From: Selaginella moellendorffii
Lineage: Eukaryota; Plantae; Lycopodiophyta
NCBI RefSeq assembly: GCF_000143415.4
Contig: NW_003314264.1
Location: forward strand, 947,570 to 1,011,569
Direction: 5' to 3'
Length of the DNA stretch: 64,000 bases
Below, piece after piece: positions 39,505-50,418 of this stretch. The stretch's first letter is position 1. Each line of letters starts with the position of its first letter. Position numbers and translations under genes: made by a program. The notes below the pieces were generated by a model. It saw nothing but the letters and a program-made list of their open reading frames with translations. It was not told the DNA's origin and did no database searches.

Positions 39505-40131
39505 CTCTCACAGCTCCAGCTTGTCATTAAGCTGTTTTTCCAGAAGCAAATGTACGAAGCTGGGCTTCCTATTTTCATCCGGTCTCTTATCTCCTAGAGG
39601 TAGCCTCGCCCTCTTGCTTATTTTCGCTCGTTCTTACAGTTATCTCTCTCATACTTAGGAACGCTGGCATGCAAACAGGGTCTTTGGCCAGAGAAGAAAA
39701 AAAATGAGAAGATGAATCACTAGTGGAAAAGTCGCGCGTAGGCTGAGCTCAAACTTTGCATGAGCGCCAAGATTTGCGTTTTCGCATTATCTTATGGACT
39801 ACTTTAACTTAATCTCCGGTATCGGTGGAGATCGCAGCAGGACGGACCGCACCGCACTGCAGGAAAGCTTTATTCTTTTTTCAATTGCTTTTCTCACCCT
39901 GTGTTCTTCAGGGTCACCCGCATCTGAGGAAGGGAGTTTTTCGAAAGTCGTCCAGAGTTTTCTTCTCCTTTTCCTTAGTTCTTTCGACAGCATGACTCAA
40001 GGCTGACGAGGTACTTGCAAGTGATTTCGTTTTCGGAGGACAAAAAGCGAGAGAGAGCTCGTCTTTAGCTAATCCTATCTTCCATTCCCTTTTCTGTTGA
40101 CAATATTTTTGCTCCTACTTAGATATTGGCT

Positions 40132-41922
40132 ATGGCTGGAGCTGCTTTCATAGGCGCTGATGAGCGAGCTAGCAATTACGAGGCCAGGATTACCATCTAT
40201 GTTGTCCTTGCCTGTATCGTCGCTGCCAGTGGGGGGCTTCTCTTCGGCTATGATATTGGGATTTCGGGTAAGGGTCATTTTCTGTTTCCCCCTTTTCTCA
40301 TATATACAGTCTCTGGACAAAAAACGTTTTTTGTTAGATGGTACTTTGACGAAAATGGGATTTTTATCTTGCAGGAGGTGTGACCTCCATGGATCCATTC
40401 CTCAAGGAGTTCTTCCCAGTTGTCTACCGGAGAAAACACAGCCCGACCGCTTCCACCGACGACCACTACTGCAAGTATGACAATCAGGGCCTCGCAGCTT
40501 TCACGTCCTCGCTCTACATCGCCGGCTTGATTGCCACTTTCGGAGCTTCCTACACGACCAGAGTTTTTGGAAGGAAGCCGACAATTCTAATCGGGGGCTG
40601 CTCGTTTCTCATCGGTGCTGGCTTAAACGCTGGAGCGGTCAACTTGGCAATGCTAATCATCGGGAGAATCATGCTGGGAGTGGGGGTTGGCTTTGGAAAC
40701 CAGGTATGTTACTCACGTAAAACAAACATTTCTTTCTCTTTCCGTGCGAAAGTAGAACTAAAGCTGGCTGTCGATTCTTTCACGCAGGCAGTGCCGGTTT
40801 ACCTCTCGGAAATGGCTCCTCCGAAATTCCGGGGAGGCTTAAACATGCTCTTCCAGCTCGCCACGACTCTAGGAATCCTGATTGCCAACTGCGTCAACTA
40901 TGGAACGCAAAACATAAAGCCGTGGGGGTGGAGGCTTTCGCTAGGATTGGCAGCAGTTCCAGCATCTCTGATGACTTTCGGGGGCCTGTTCTTGCCGGAG
41001 ACACCAAACAGCCTCGTCCAGCGAGGCCATCTTAAGGAAGGCAAGGCCATTCTGGAAAAGATCCGTGGAACCACCGGCGTGGAAGCTGAGTACCAGGACC
41101 TGTTGGAGGCCAGCGACGTTGCAAAGACGGTGAAGCACCCGTTTAGAAACATCTTCAAGCCCACGAGCCGGCCTCAGCTGGTGATGGCCTTCTTCCTCCC
41201 TGCGTTTCAGCTTCTCACAGGCATCAACTCCATCCTCTTCTACGCGCCGGTGCTGTTCCAGAGCCTCGGTTTTGGAGGAAGCGCCTCGCTCTACTCGTCG
41301 GTTCTCACGGGTGCCGTGATTGTCTTCGCTTCGCTGCTCACCATCGCCACTGTGGATAGATGGGGACGTCGGAAGCTCTTCATGCTGGGAGGAGTTCTCA
41401 TGGTCGTCTGCCAGGTAAAACTAGTTCTTGGTTTTTCTAGTTTTTCACGGATTGATCTTCGCTCTTGCCTTCCAGGTTGCCATTGCGATCATCTTGGCAG
41501 TCAAGTACCAAGGCCAGGAGTCCCTCTCCAAGCAAAACTCAGCGCTCGTCGTCGTCCTCGTCTGCTTCTTCGTTCTCGGATTCGGCTGGTCGTGGGGGGG
41601 CCTCGGCTGGCTCGTCCCCAGCGAGATCTTCCCGCTCGAGACTCGCTCCGCCGGACAGAGCATCACCGTCGCAGTGAACCTCCTCTTCACCTTCGCCATC
41701 GCCCAGTCCTTCCTGGCCATGCTCTGCGCCTTCAAGTTTGGGATCTTCCTCTTCTTCGCGGCGTGGGAGGCGATCATGACGCTCTACGTCTTCTTCCTGC
41801 TGCCCGAGACCATGAACGTTCCCATCGAGGAGATGATCAACGTGTGGCGGAAGCACTGGTTCTGGAAGAACGTCGTGCCGCCGGCGTCAGTGGATAGAGA
41901 GCAGCAGCTCGCGGTCAAGTAA
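40132..41922 (+). CDS. STP: Sugar transport protein (STP, MFS monosaccharide/H+ symporter), 4 exons
   Basis: [86 protein letters not shown] and LPET. Confidence 0.96.
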
Positions 41923-42093
41923 GAATTCTTCTATACAACAGTAAAAGTACTGTCTTCGTCGGCGAATTAAAATGACTGGAGAGGACAATTCCTTTAATAT
42001 ACTGAACAATATATCAAATTAAAGGAGATGTTTAGTTAAAACTTTGGGCAGATAATATTATTTCAAAACAACTATGTTGTATATAAAACTAAC

Positions 42094-42159
42094 GGAGAAG
42101 TAGCGGTTAGAACAAGCGCCAAAGCTCTATTTGTCCGGGTTCGACTCTCGGCATCTCCA
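42094..42159 (+). ncRNA. 66-nt tRNA-like element, copy 1
   Basis: Acceptor-like stem GGAGAAG/CATCTCC plus A, T-arm CCGGGTTCGACTCTCGG (B box) and a shortened central arm. Confidence 0.55.
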
Positions 42160-42236
42160 TAATTCTTTGTTAGAAATTAGGGCAGATATTATAATAAAAA
42201 AGAACTAAGATAAAACATGATAAGTAGAAAAGTAAC

Positions 42237-42302
42237 GGAGATGTAGCGGTTAGAACAAGCGCCAAAGCTCTGTTTGCCCGGGTTCGACTCCTGGCATCTC
42301 CA
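42237..42302 (+). ncRNA. 66-nt tRNA-like element, copy 2 (best preserved), followed by an oligo-T terminator
   Basis: GGAGATG/CATCTCC-A, A-box-like TAGCGGTTAG, B box GGTTCGACTCC and a T-run 4 nt downstream. Confidence 0.6.
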
Positions 42303-42386
42303 TAACTTTTTTTTGGGCAGAAAATTCATGGATAAATTCTTTACTAACCAGATGCTGTGGATAAATTCTTTTAAATGCGGACTAAA

Positions 42387-43809
42387 TTACAGAGCAGCCT
42401 CAACAAGTGGCCAGTCAGTGTATCCTTTGGGATCATCCATGGGATCTTTACTGTACCATACAGAAGTTGTCCAGCCGCCCATGTTGAGCTCTTGGCCCGC
42501 CGCCAGGAGCTGTGGGAGGTTGGCATTTGCAATGAAAAGAACTGCAAAGCAGACGAGGTCGCAAGTCCCCTCTTCCACATACTCTTCTGCCTGTATCAAC
42601 GTCATCGTTAACATTCTCAACTTTGAGTTTCACTGCGGCTCACCTTCTGTGGCTGGATTCCCCCGTTGATCATGAGCGTTCCCTTGAAGTGCTTCCGGAA
42701 GAACTGAAACACGTCCGTCTCAAAGTTTGGCTTGTCCAGGCCCAGGAACTTGTAGTATGGATCGTAGTTGAGGCTGGACATGCAAACGTAGGCGAGATCT
42801 CGCCTCTCCAGCTCCGGACCCAGGTACGCAAGCTGATCTAGAGAGTCATCCTCTGGCTCGACCAATCCACTGAATGTCACACCTAGTTCCACAAGGATCA
42901 TTGAATCAAAATCGACAAAGTAAAACTCTTCTCCAACCTTGCTGGAGCTTGATCCCAACCCTGTGCGATCCAATCGCCTTTACACACGCATCCACAACCT
43001 GGTGAACAAATGCCCAGCACCGAGTCAACCATAGTCAGCTCCCAGTCAACGAAAGTCACCTCGAGGACAAAGCGTGCCCTGTTTTCGACGCTCCCTCCAT
43101 ACTCGTCCGTCCGGAGATTCGTTTCCTTGGCCAGGAACTGCTGCATCAAGTACCCATTCCCACTGTGCAGCTCGATGCCGTCGAATCCGGCCTCGATCGC
43201 ACGGGTGGCAGACGCCGCGACCTTGTCCACCTCCGCGGGGATCTCCTCGAGCTCCAAAGCTCTTGGAACTTCATATGGGACCTGGACAGCGATTCTCACT
43301 TTCACCACATCCAGTACGAGCGTGGGTATTTTACCTTCCCTTCCTTGACGTGGACCAATCCGCTGGGTTTTACCGCGGATGGCGCCACAGGGAGCATCCC
43401 ATCTGGGAGGAGCGAGGAGTGGGAAATTCGACCAGCGGGCATCAACTGGCAGAAGATCACCCCGCCCTTGGCATGAACAGCATCGGTGACTCGCTTCCAG
43501 GCCTTGATTTGCTCGGGGCTCCAGATTCCGGGCATTCGTATGTAGCCTCGAGAGTCCGGGGTGGGATATGTCCCTGAAAGAGAGATCGACCTCACATCGA
43601 TCGAACGATCTAGGCTCTAGCATACCTTCGCTGATGATGAGGCCTCCATTGGACGATCTCTGCGAGTAGTAGAGCACATTGAGATCTCCCGGAGCCTCCA
43701 GATCCGGGTGGTTCCTCAGGCGCGTCATAGGAGACATGGCGACGCGGTGCTGGAGCTGCGAATCGCCCACCAGGACTGGCTCGAGCAATCTCTTGTATGG
43801 AGGAGCCAT
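42387..43809 (-). CDS. OPR: 12-oxophytodienoate reductase-like / Old Yellow Enzyme family flavin oxidoreductase
   Basis: HRVAMSPMTRLR, YYSQR, GGLIISEG, PGIWSPEQIKAWKRVTDAVHAKGG, AIEAGFDGIELHSGNGYLMQQF, RTDEYGGSVENRARF and KGYTDWP. Confidence 0.92.
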
Positions 43810-44282
43810 TGACTAGAGAAACTGCGGTGGGCGATTCCGAGAGAAGCAAAGAAGAGATTGTGTGGATCTTGCAGAAGAACTCAACCTCATTTTATATTCA
43901 GCAGAGGATCACTTCGTGCTTTCCTTTGACTTCGTATAGCTTCCCCATGTCATGGTGACGTGTAAATGACGTCACCTTCGTCCTCCATGGCTCGTGGGGA
44001 ATTCGTCACTCTTGGTGCTCTCTAGCCTCTCAATGTTAACTCCAAGTTGGTAGATCAAGCCTTTATGTGGTAGCTCAATTCTCTCTTGATTCGTGATTCA
44101 CATACCTGGAAAACGAAATAGAATTTTCTGCCCCAGCTATGGACTTCTTGGAGCGCTTCTTTGCTCACTGGAATCACAAAATACCAATCCAATTGCACGA
44201 ATGACTCAAAAGCATTGCTTACCTGGGATCAGAGCGGCTCTGGAGGCAAGTGATTCTCAGTTTTTGCCGGGATTCTTCCATT

Positions 44283-44576
44283 CTAGAAGAGATTGGGCGG
44301 CAGCTGACAGCACTCGGGATTCTCCTCGTTCAAGAAGAAGAAGTACGCCGCAAATGCCAGGATCCCAATCAGGGCCAACAGCTCCAGCCGGATCCCCCAC
44401 TCCTCAAACTCGTCCAGGATGGCGGAGCAATAGCGATCGATCCGCCGCACCGCCCTCGACACCCATTTCAGCCCCAAGCGGGGATCGTCGGGCCTCTGGC
44501 GGCGATTCTTGAGCAAATAGAGTAGCGTGAGGCCGCCTGATACCGCCATTCCAACGGGCAGCGATCTGGCCGCCAT
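44283..44576 (-). CDS. Small hypothetical membrane protein (97 aa)
   Basis: GC-rich ORF with two hydrophobic stretches (AVSGGLTLLYLL; LELLALIGILAFAAYFFF). No recognisable family. Confidence 0.35.
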   Translation of the reverse strand: MAARSLPVGMAVSGGLTLLYLLKNRRQRPDDPRLGLKWVSRAVRRIDRYCSAILDEFEEWGIRLELLALIGILAFAAYFFFLNEENPECCQLPPNLF

Positions 44577-44754
44577 AGAAGAAGAAATTAAAAGAGAGAT
44601 GCGCGCGCAAACAGCCCTAAACGAAGGATGCCATTTGCCACGCTGGCATGGCCTTGACGTCATCGGCACGTCACCATGACACCAAGTATAAAATGGGGCT
44701 GGACGATCCACACAATCTCTTCTCTTCTTTTCTTCTCTCGGTGTTATGTTCAAT

Positions 44755-45065
44755 GGATCGAGCCAGAGGATGGCTCTCTAGATCAGCTTGCGTATGGAGA
44801 AGGAGATCTCACCTACGGTTGCATGTCCAGCCTCAACTACGATCCATACTACAAGTACTACAAGCCAAACTTTGAGACGGACGCGTTTAAGTTCTTCCAG
44901 AAGAATGCTCATTATCAACGGAGGAATGGTGAGGCTCACCTCTTAGATTTCTCCAAACAGTCAAACTCAAACTTAACGATGACTTTTATTAAGCAGGGAA
45001 CAGGCAGAAGAGTATGTGGGGGAGGGACTTGCGACTTTGCAGTTCTTTTCATTGCAAATGCCAAA
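44755..45065 (+). pseudogene. Inverted partial duplicate of the OPR 3' exons and intron
   Basis: EPEDGSLDQLAY..CMSSLNYDPYYK..KPNFETD..CDFAVLFIANA, matching about 42520-42865 with deletions. Confidence 0.85.
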
Positions 45066-45137
45066 CCTCTGATGTTTTAATGGAGAGGACAATTCGATTA
45101 ATACATTGAGCATTCTGTTGGTGTATGGAAAATTAAG

Positions 45138-45197
45138 GGAGATGTAGTGGTTATATCAAGCGACAAAGCTCTGTTTGCCCGGGTCCAGGCATCTCCA
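45138..45197 (+). pseudogene. Degenerate third copy of the tRNA-like element
   Basis: GGAGATGTAGTGGTTATATCAAGCGACAAAGCTCTGTTTGCCCGGGT..GGCATCTCCA followed by TAACTTTTTT. The T-loop is partly deleted. Confidence 0.6.
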
Positions 45198-45459
45198 TAA
45201 CTTTTTTATTAAAAAATTATAACAAATAATAATATTTATTCTCCATAACCTCAAAATATATTCTTCTCATTTGCAGAATATGCCAGCAGTAGTAATAGCT
45301 TGTTGCATTTGATTATTTTTTACTATATGCCCACAAAATTGAAAAATTAAACCATTTACAAAAGCATGATATTATGCAAATCAGTTTTGCAAAATGCCCA
45401 ACTATTGCATTTATTCTCTTGGCAAATTTAGCAAAAGGCTGCCAAGTTGAAGCATTTGA

Positions 45460-46248
45460 TCAGCACCAGCCCTGCACGGGCCATCTTTTCTCCGTATCCA
45501 TGCGCCACCATTTCTTCCTCTTGCTGGGCGATTCCTCCGGGCTCACGCTGCTCAAATCTCCCGAGCTGGAGCTAAAACTCCCGCTGCCACTGCTGCTGCG
45601 ACTACTGCTCCCTCTCGACTGGCAAAACTCAATCAGCCTCGCGAAAAACCTCTGCCTCGTAAATCTCGACACCGGCGCCTCGATCGTGTCGGCCTCCCTC
45701 CACATCCTGCTCACTTGCGAGCTCGATAGATGCTCGTAGCTCGTCGCCATGGATTCCATGGACAGCTCGCTCGCCAGCATTGGCGATGGCCCTCCCCATC
45801 GCCGGAACTGCGACTTCCTGCGCGGCGTTAGCAGCCAATCCATCCGCCTCATTAGCTTCCACCTCCACGAGCTTGACAACTTCCTGAGCTTGACCAAGCA
45901 CCGCCGGATCACCTGGAAAGAATTATAGAAAACTTTACTCTCCTTCTTGACACGATCACCCAACTTCGATCCACTGAGAGGGATTAGGAACGATGGGGGC
46001 ACGATCTCGAGGATCGGATTGGAACCCGCGAGACCCAATTGCGTGATCTTCCCGCCCAGGAGCCTCGCTTCTCACAGATTCAACCCAGGAAGAACTTTGG
46101 ATGGTGGATCTATCTAGAAATTTTCACTCGAGGATCATATCCCGAAGTTTACCTGAGAAGGCGACGATGAGCTCCTGAGCTTGCCTCGTTTGCTGCTTCT
46201 CGTCGCTTGCGTCTGCAATGTGGAATCCGTCAGCCGGCCCGAGTCCAT
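45460..46248 (-). CDS. Uncharacterised plant protein with Ser-rich tract and C-terminal RWPVQGW motif
   Basis: C-terminus KKWWRMDTEKRWPVQGWC* resembles a motif ending many unannotated plant proteins. The 5' exons and start are tentative. Confidence 0.55.
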
Positions 46249-46656
46249 TTGTCACACCTCCGGCATTTTCTACAGCCAAGCCTTTTATTTATTTTTGATA
46301 GATATGCGCCATAGCCACTGATCGCTCGAGCGCTTCTCCAATTTTACGAGCGAAATGTGCCACAAATTCAGAACGGTCAAGATTTGGATCTCTCGTCAAA
46401 AGTTGCGTGAAAAGAAAGTTTGACAAAGAAAAGGAGAAAGAACGACTTGTCCATCGGGTCAAGTTGACTTTCCACAAGTTTTCTTTTCTTCTATACAATG
46501 TAGAGGTTTATTTCTTAAGCAAGTTTTTTCATAAGAAATTTTCACTCCACTAGAATGGCTGCTGCGATTTTCTGCTTTTCGTTTTTACTTTTTCTTTCCT
46601 CTTCCTCTTCAAGCTCGACCATCGTCGTGTTCCTTGCTTGCTTGCTCGAGCGATTT

Positions 46657-48286
46657 CTACTTCAAGTGAGCGTCGTAAGCAGCAAGGACGCTGTCGGAGA
46701 CGAGCAGTGGGAGCTTATCAATGTACATGTAAAGTCGCTGGAGGTTGTCCCGGGTGAAAGTCACCATGTCCTGCAAATCGCTGTTGTCCGTGACGATCCA
46801 CAAGTCCCTCGAGTTCACGCGTTTCAGGCTATCACGGCAGAAGGGACACGACTTGGCCCTCAAGTTCCTGCAAATCCACAAAAGCAAACGATCAAAACCT
46901 TTCTGAGCAAAACACAAAGCAAGACTTCCAACCAAGTGAATCAAGACTTCGACTAGCTAGAGTCGTAAAGACACTGTACGAAAAAGAGACAAAACAACGA
47001 AAGCAAACAGATCTACAGCTTGGGATCAAACACCGACCAGAGCGAGTAACAAGAATAAACAAAGGGAGACGTAACTTACCAGTCTCGAAAGCACTGAATG
47101 CACATTGAATGCCCGCACCCGGGGAGTACGATCTTCTCCGAAGTCTCCATGCAAATATTGCACTCGTGTTCTCTCTCCAGGTCGATATCGGAGAGAGCCA
47201 GCCGCTCCTCCTCCTTCTTCTTGGACCGCTCTATACAGATTGATTTTTGTTTGGAATTCTCTGCTTCGCTCAGCACGGCCGGAAGCTGCTGCAGCGATGG
47301 ATATATGTACGCTGCATCGAGAAAAAAAAAAAAACCAAGAAAAACAAGAGATGAGATGAGATCACAGATAAAAAGATGGATATATGTACGCTGCATCGTA
47401 AAGAATGGCAAGAAAAACAAGAGATGAGACCAGATCCCAGATAAAATAATCCTGAAATCCTTTTTTTTTTTCCATCTTGGTAGACCGAGACTACTTGCAG
47501 ACAATGACTACTGGCACTACTGGCACTAGAAGATACTTTCGAAAGACACACACACACACAAGAGAGAGGAGAGAAAAGGGACAAAGCACCCACCGTAAAA
47601 TTCTCTCAAGCTAGCTTTCCTCTCGTAAGTTGACATTGTCGTGGTTCCATCACGCAGCACCTAATCAAACAGAGACGAGAGCGCGAAAGTCAGTCGGATT
47701 GATCCAAGCAAGAAGCACCGCTCGGAACAAAAGATCAAAGGAAACTCTCCAAACTTCTACCTTGTAGATGAGAATCCGGAGGAGGCCGAGAGCACCAGCG
47801 AGGCTACAGTCGGCCCACTGGAATAAAAATAGGAAGAAATGCGCGGCGGGGCTGTAAGATAGCCGCATTTGGAGGCAGACGCCATCGTACTCGCGAGGAT
47901 AATCTAGAGCCCTGCAAGCAACCAAGAACACAAAGTGTATACAGCTTAGTTTCAATACAAAGCGAAGAAAAAGTATGCAGAGATTCGAAAAAAACTTGAC
48001 ACGACATCGAAAACGATTTGGGAGCTTTGCATGATCGTTACGGGACAAGGACGCAAGGTGACAAGAAAGCCAACTATCTGAGGAATTTTTAATTTTTTTA
48101 TCTTCTTTGTTTTGGGTGTAAGATAGATAAGCTCGAGCTCGAGCGCGAGGAAGATAAAAGAGATGGATCAAAACCATGTTTTTAAGGCTCGAGAGAAACT
48201 TACAGTGTGTTGGCATGTTGGATGTCAGCTTCCAAAGCTTTGAGGGATTCCTTGAAGGACTTGCCGTAGCCGAGAAGCAAGCACAT
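46657..48286 (-). CDS. AIRP2: AIRP2-like C3HC4 RING E3 ubiquitin ligase
   Basis: KSFKESLKALEADIQHANTL, YPREYDGVCLQMRLSYSPAAHFFLFLFQW, ECNICME..LPGCGHSMCIQCFRDW..SCPFCRDSLKRVNSRDLWI. Confidence 0.9.
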
Positions 48287-49477
48287 ATTGGTTTGCCCTT
48301 TCCGGAATCAATCGCAAAGAGAGGAAAAAGAAAAAAAAGAAAGAGGAAAAAAAGAGGGGGATTCACAAGAAAACCTCGAAGAGATAGACAAGAAAAAAAG
48401 AAAAAAAACTGTACAAGGACTACTATATACACAAGAAGCAAAGATGAAACGAGACCAACCTCTAGACAGCCCAAACCACGCAATGCATCCCTCCCTCAAA
48501 CAAGAAAAAAAATAAAAATCCCCAAAGCAGGCACAGCGAATTTTACCTCTACATGATCAGGGCAGCACCGAAATCAAAGAATGCAGCGAAGAATCACCCA
48601 TTCCCCGGCGACCCAACTCAACGCCACAGCGCGGGCTGGGAGGAGCGGCGCCGCCGCCCACAAATTCTCCCACACTCGACTGACTCGCTCGCCATAGCCC
48701 TCGCTCGCCCTCGCTCGCCCTCGCTCCAAAGCTTTGCTTGCGATCTCTTCTTTGCTTGCCCTTTGCTTTACCGCGGCGTGTCTCCAAACACTTCACCGAA
48801 AAATGGGTCCCCTCGCACTGGATTGTCTATCCCTTGTTCTCTTTGTTTTTTCTTCTCATCCACACCGATAATGCAGAGATTAACGAGATAATACGGAGAT
48901 ATTTTAGCCTAAACTAATGCGGTATCCTGATCCTCTCATCTGAAAGATTCTCTTTCTCTGTCAACAAGATCGCGAGCCGTCAGATGGATAGCAAGAGCAA
49001 GAGCCGTTGGATCCGTTAGGGCTGACGTGACTAAATTAGGGCTACGTGTTGGTTAGGGCTGACGTGTTGGATGATTTGACGCGCATTGTTTTGGAGCGAT
49101 CGGACAAAGGATTTTTGCCGAGATCCATTTTTCTGTGATCAAGCAGCCAAGGCAGTACGACAAGGAGTCCTCCCCTGCGCACGGAGAAGTACCTTTGCTG
49201 GCCCGGGAAGTATCACGGCTATGGAATGCTAGCTTGGATTTAAGCTCGTTGTTTCTGGGAGGAGATTGGAACAATGCTGGGGTCGTCCGACAAGCGGACA
49301 AATCCAAAGATTCATCCTTTCGTCCCGGTGATTGATGCCGCAATGTTGCATCATCGTCGACCGATCGATCGCCCCTGACCGGCATCCCGAGAAACCGGGG
49401 ATATAAATTCGCAGGCTTCCCGAGAGGAGAAGAGCATTCGACTTCCAGGGGATCGAATTTGATCATAGAAGTGATCA

Positions 49478-49942
49478 ATGAGCTGCGCGTATCTCCACCA
49501 GCGCGTGAGAGCCATTGTGGCGCTCTTCCAGAGGCAATGGCAGCAGCCAAGGAGCGATTACTCAAGAATGGAATCCTCTTCTCAGATTTCTCCTCCTCCT
49601 TTCTCTTCTTCTTCTCAAAATCGCGCTGTGATAGATGATCTCGATCCTCCCAGCGAAGGCTTCTTCCCGGTCTACGTCGGGAGCGCCCGCCAGCGATTCC
49701 TGCTGCCGATTCGCTGCCTGGGTCACGCGTCCGTGAGGATCCTCCTGGAACAGTGCGAGGAGGAGTTTGGATTCGCGCAGAGTGGCAGCCTGGCCCTGCC
49801 GTGCAATGTGGAGCTGTTTGAGTTGGCGGTGGAGCAAGCGGAGGAATCATTCCGGCTGGAGGCGCTCGAGAGCAAGCACGAGAGAAAGGAGAAGCGCTCG
49901 CTGCGCAAAAGGATCGCTTTGATACGGAGTGCCTTTCGGTGA
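49478..49942 (+). CDS. SAUR: SAUR (small auxin-up RNA) family protein
   Basis: Intronless. GFFPVYVGSARQRFLLPIRCLGHASVRILLEQCEEEFGF..GSLALPC. Confidence 0.9.
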   Translation: MSCAYLHQRVRAIVALFQRQWQQPRSDYSRMESSSQISPPPFSSSSQNRAVIDDLDPPSEGFFPVYVGSARQRFLLPIRCLGHASVRILLEQCEEEFGFAQSGSLALPCNVELFELAVEQAEESFRLEALESKHERKEKRSLRKRIALIRSAFR

Positions 49943-50094
49943 CTTTAAAAGCTTCTCTTTTCTTCCTTCTTTTTCGTGTACTCCCAGCACTGCTTCTCTT
50001 TGATCATGATGGAGTCATGCTGGTTCGCAGATCTCTCTTGTAAGATCTTCGAGTTTCTCCTTTTTCTTTGCGCGATTTCTTCAAAGAAAGCGAC

Positions 50095-50380
50095 ATGATC
50101 CCCGCAAACTCACGCTGTCACATTTTTACCGGTGATTCTTCCTTGGAGGGTCTTTTGATTCGAGAAACTCTGGCATGGACCTCGCAAAAGTCACGAGGAG
50201 CTGTTAGAAAAAATCACATTTTTACCAGTGATTTCCTTGCAGGGTCTTTTGATTCGATCATGGACCTCGCAAAATCAAGAAGAGCTGTTAGAAAAAATCA
50301 GACTTTTACCAGTGATTTCCCTGGGAGGGTCTTTCGATTCGATCAACTCTGGCATGGACCTCGCAAAATCACGAGCCGAG
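50095..50380. repeat. Three to four degenerate 80-95-bp tandem repeats
   Basis: Recurrent TTTTACC(A/G)GTGATT..GGGTCTTT..GATTCGA..CATGGACCTCGCAAAA..CACGAG units. Confidence 0.75.
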
Positions 50381-50418
50381 AGAATAATTATTAGTGTAGA
50401 AAAAGAATGTTTTAGAAG

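Noticed and set aside
42094-42302. Canonical tRNA-Ala genes
   Set aside because: They are 66 nt, with no 5-bp stem/7-nt anticodon loop, no conserved D-loop GG and no G3:U70 pair.
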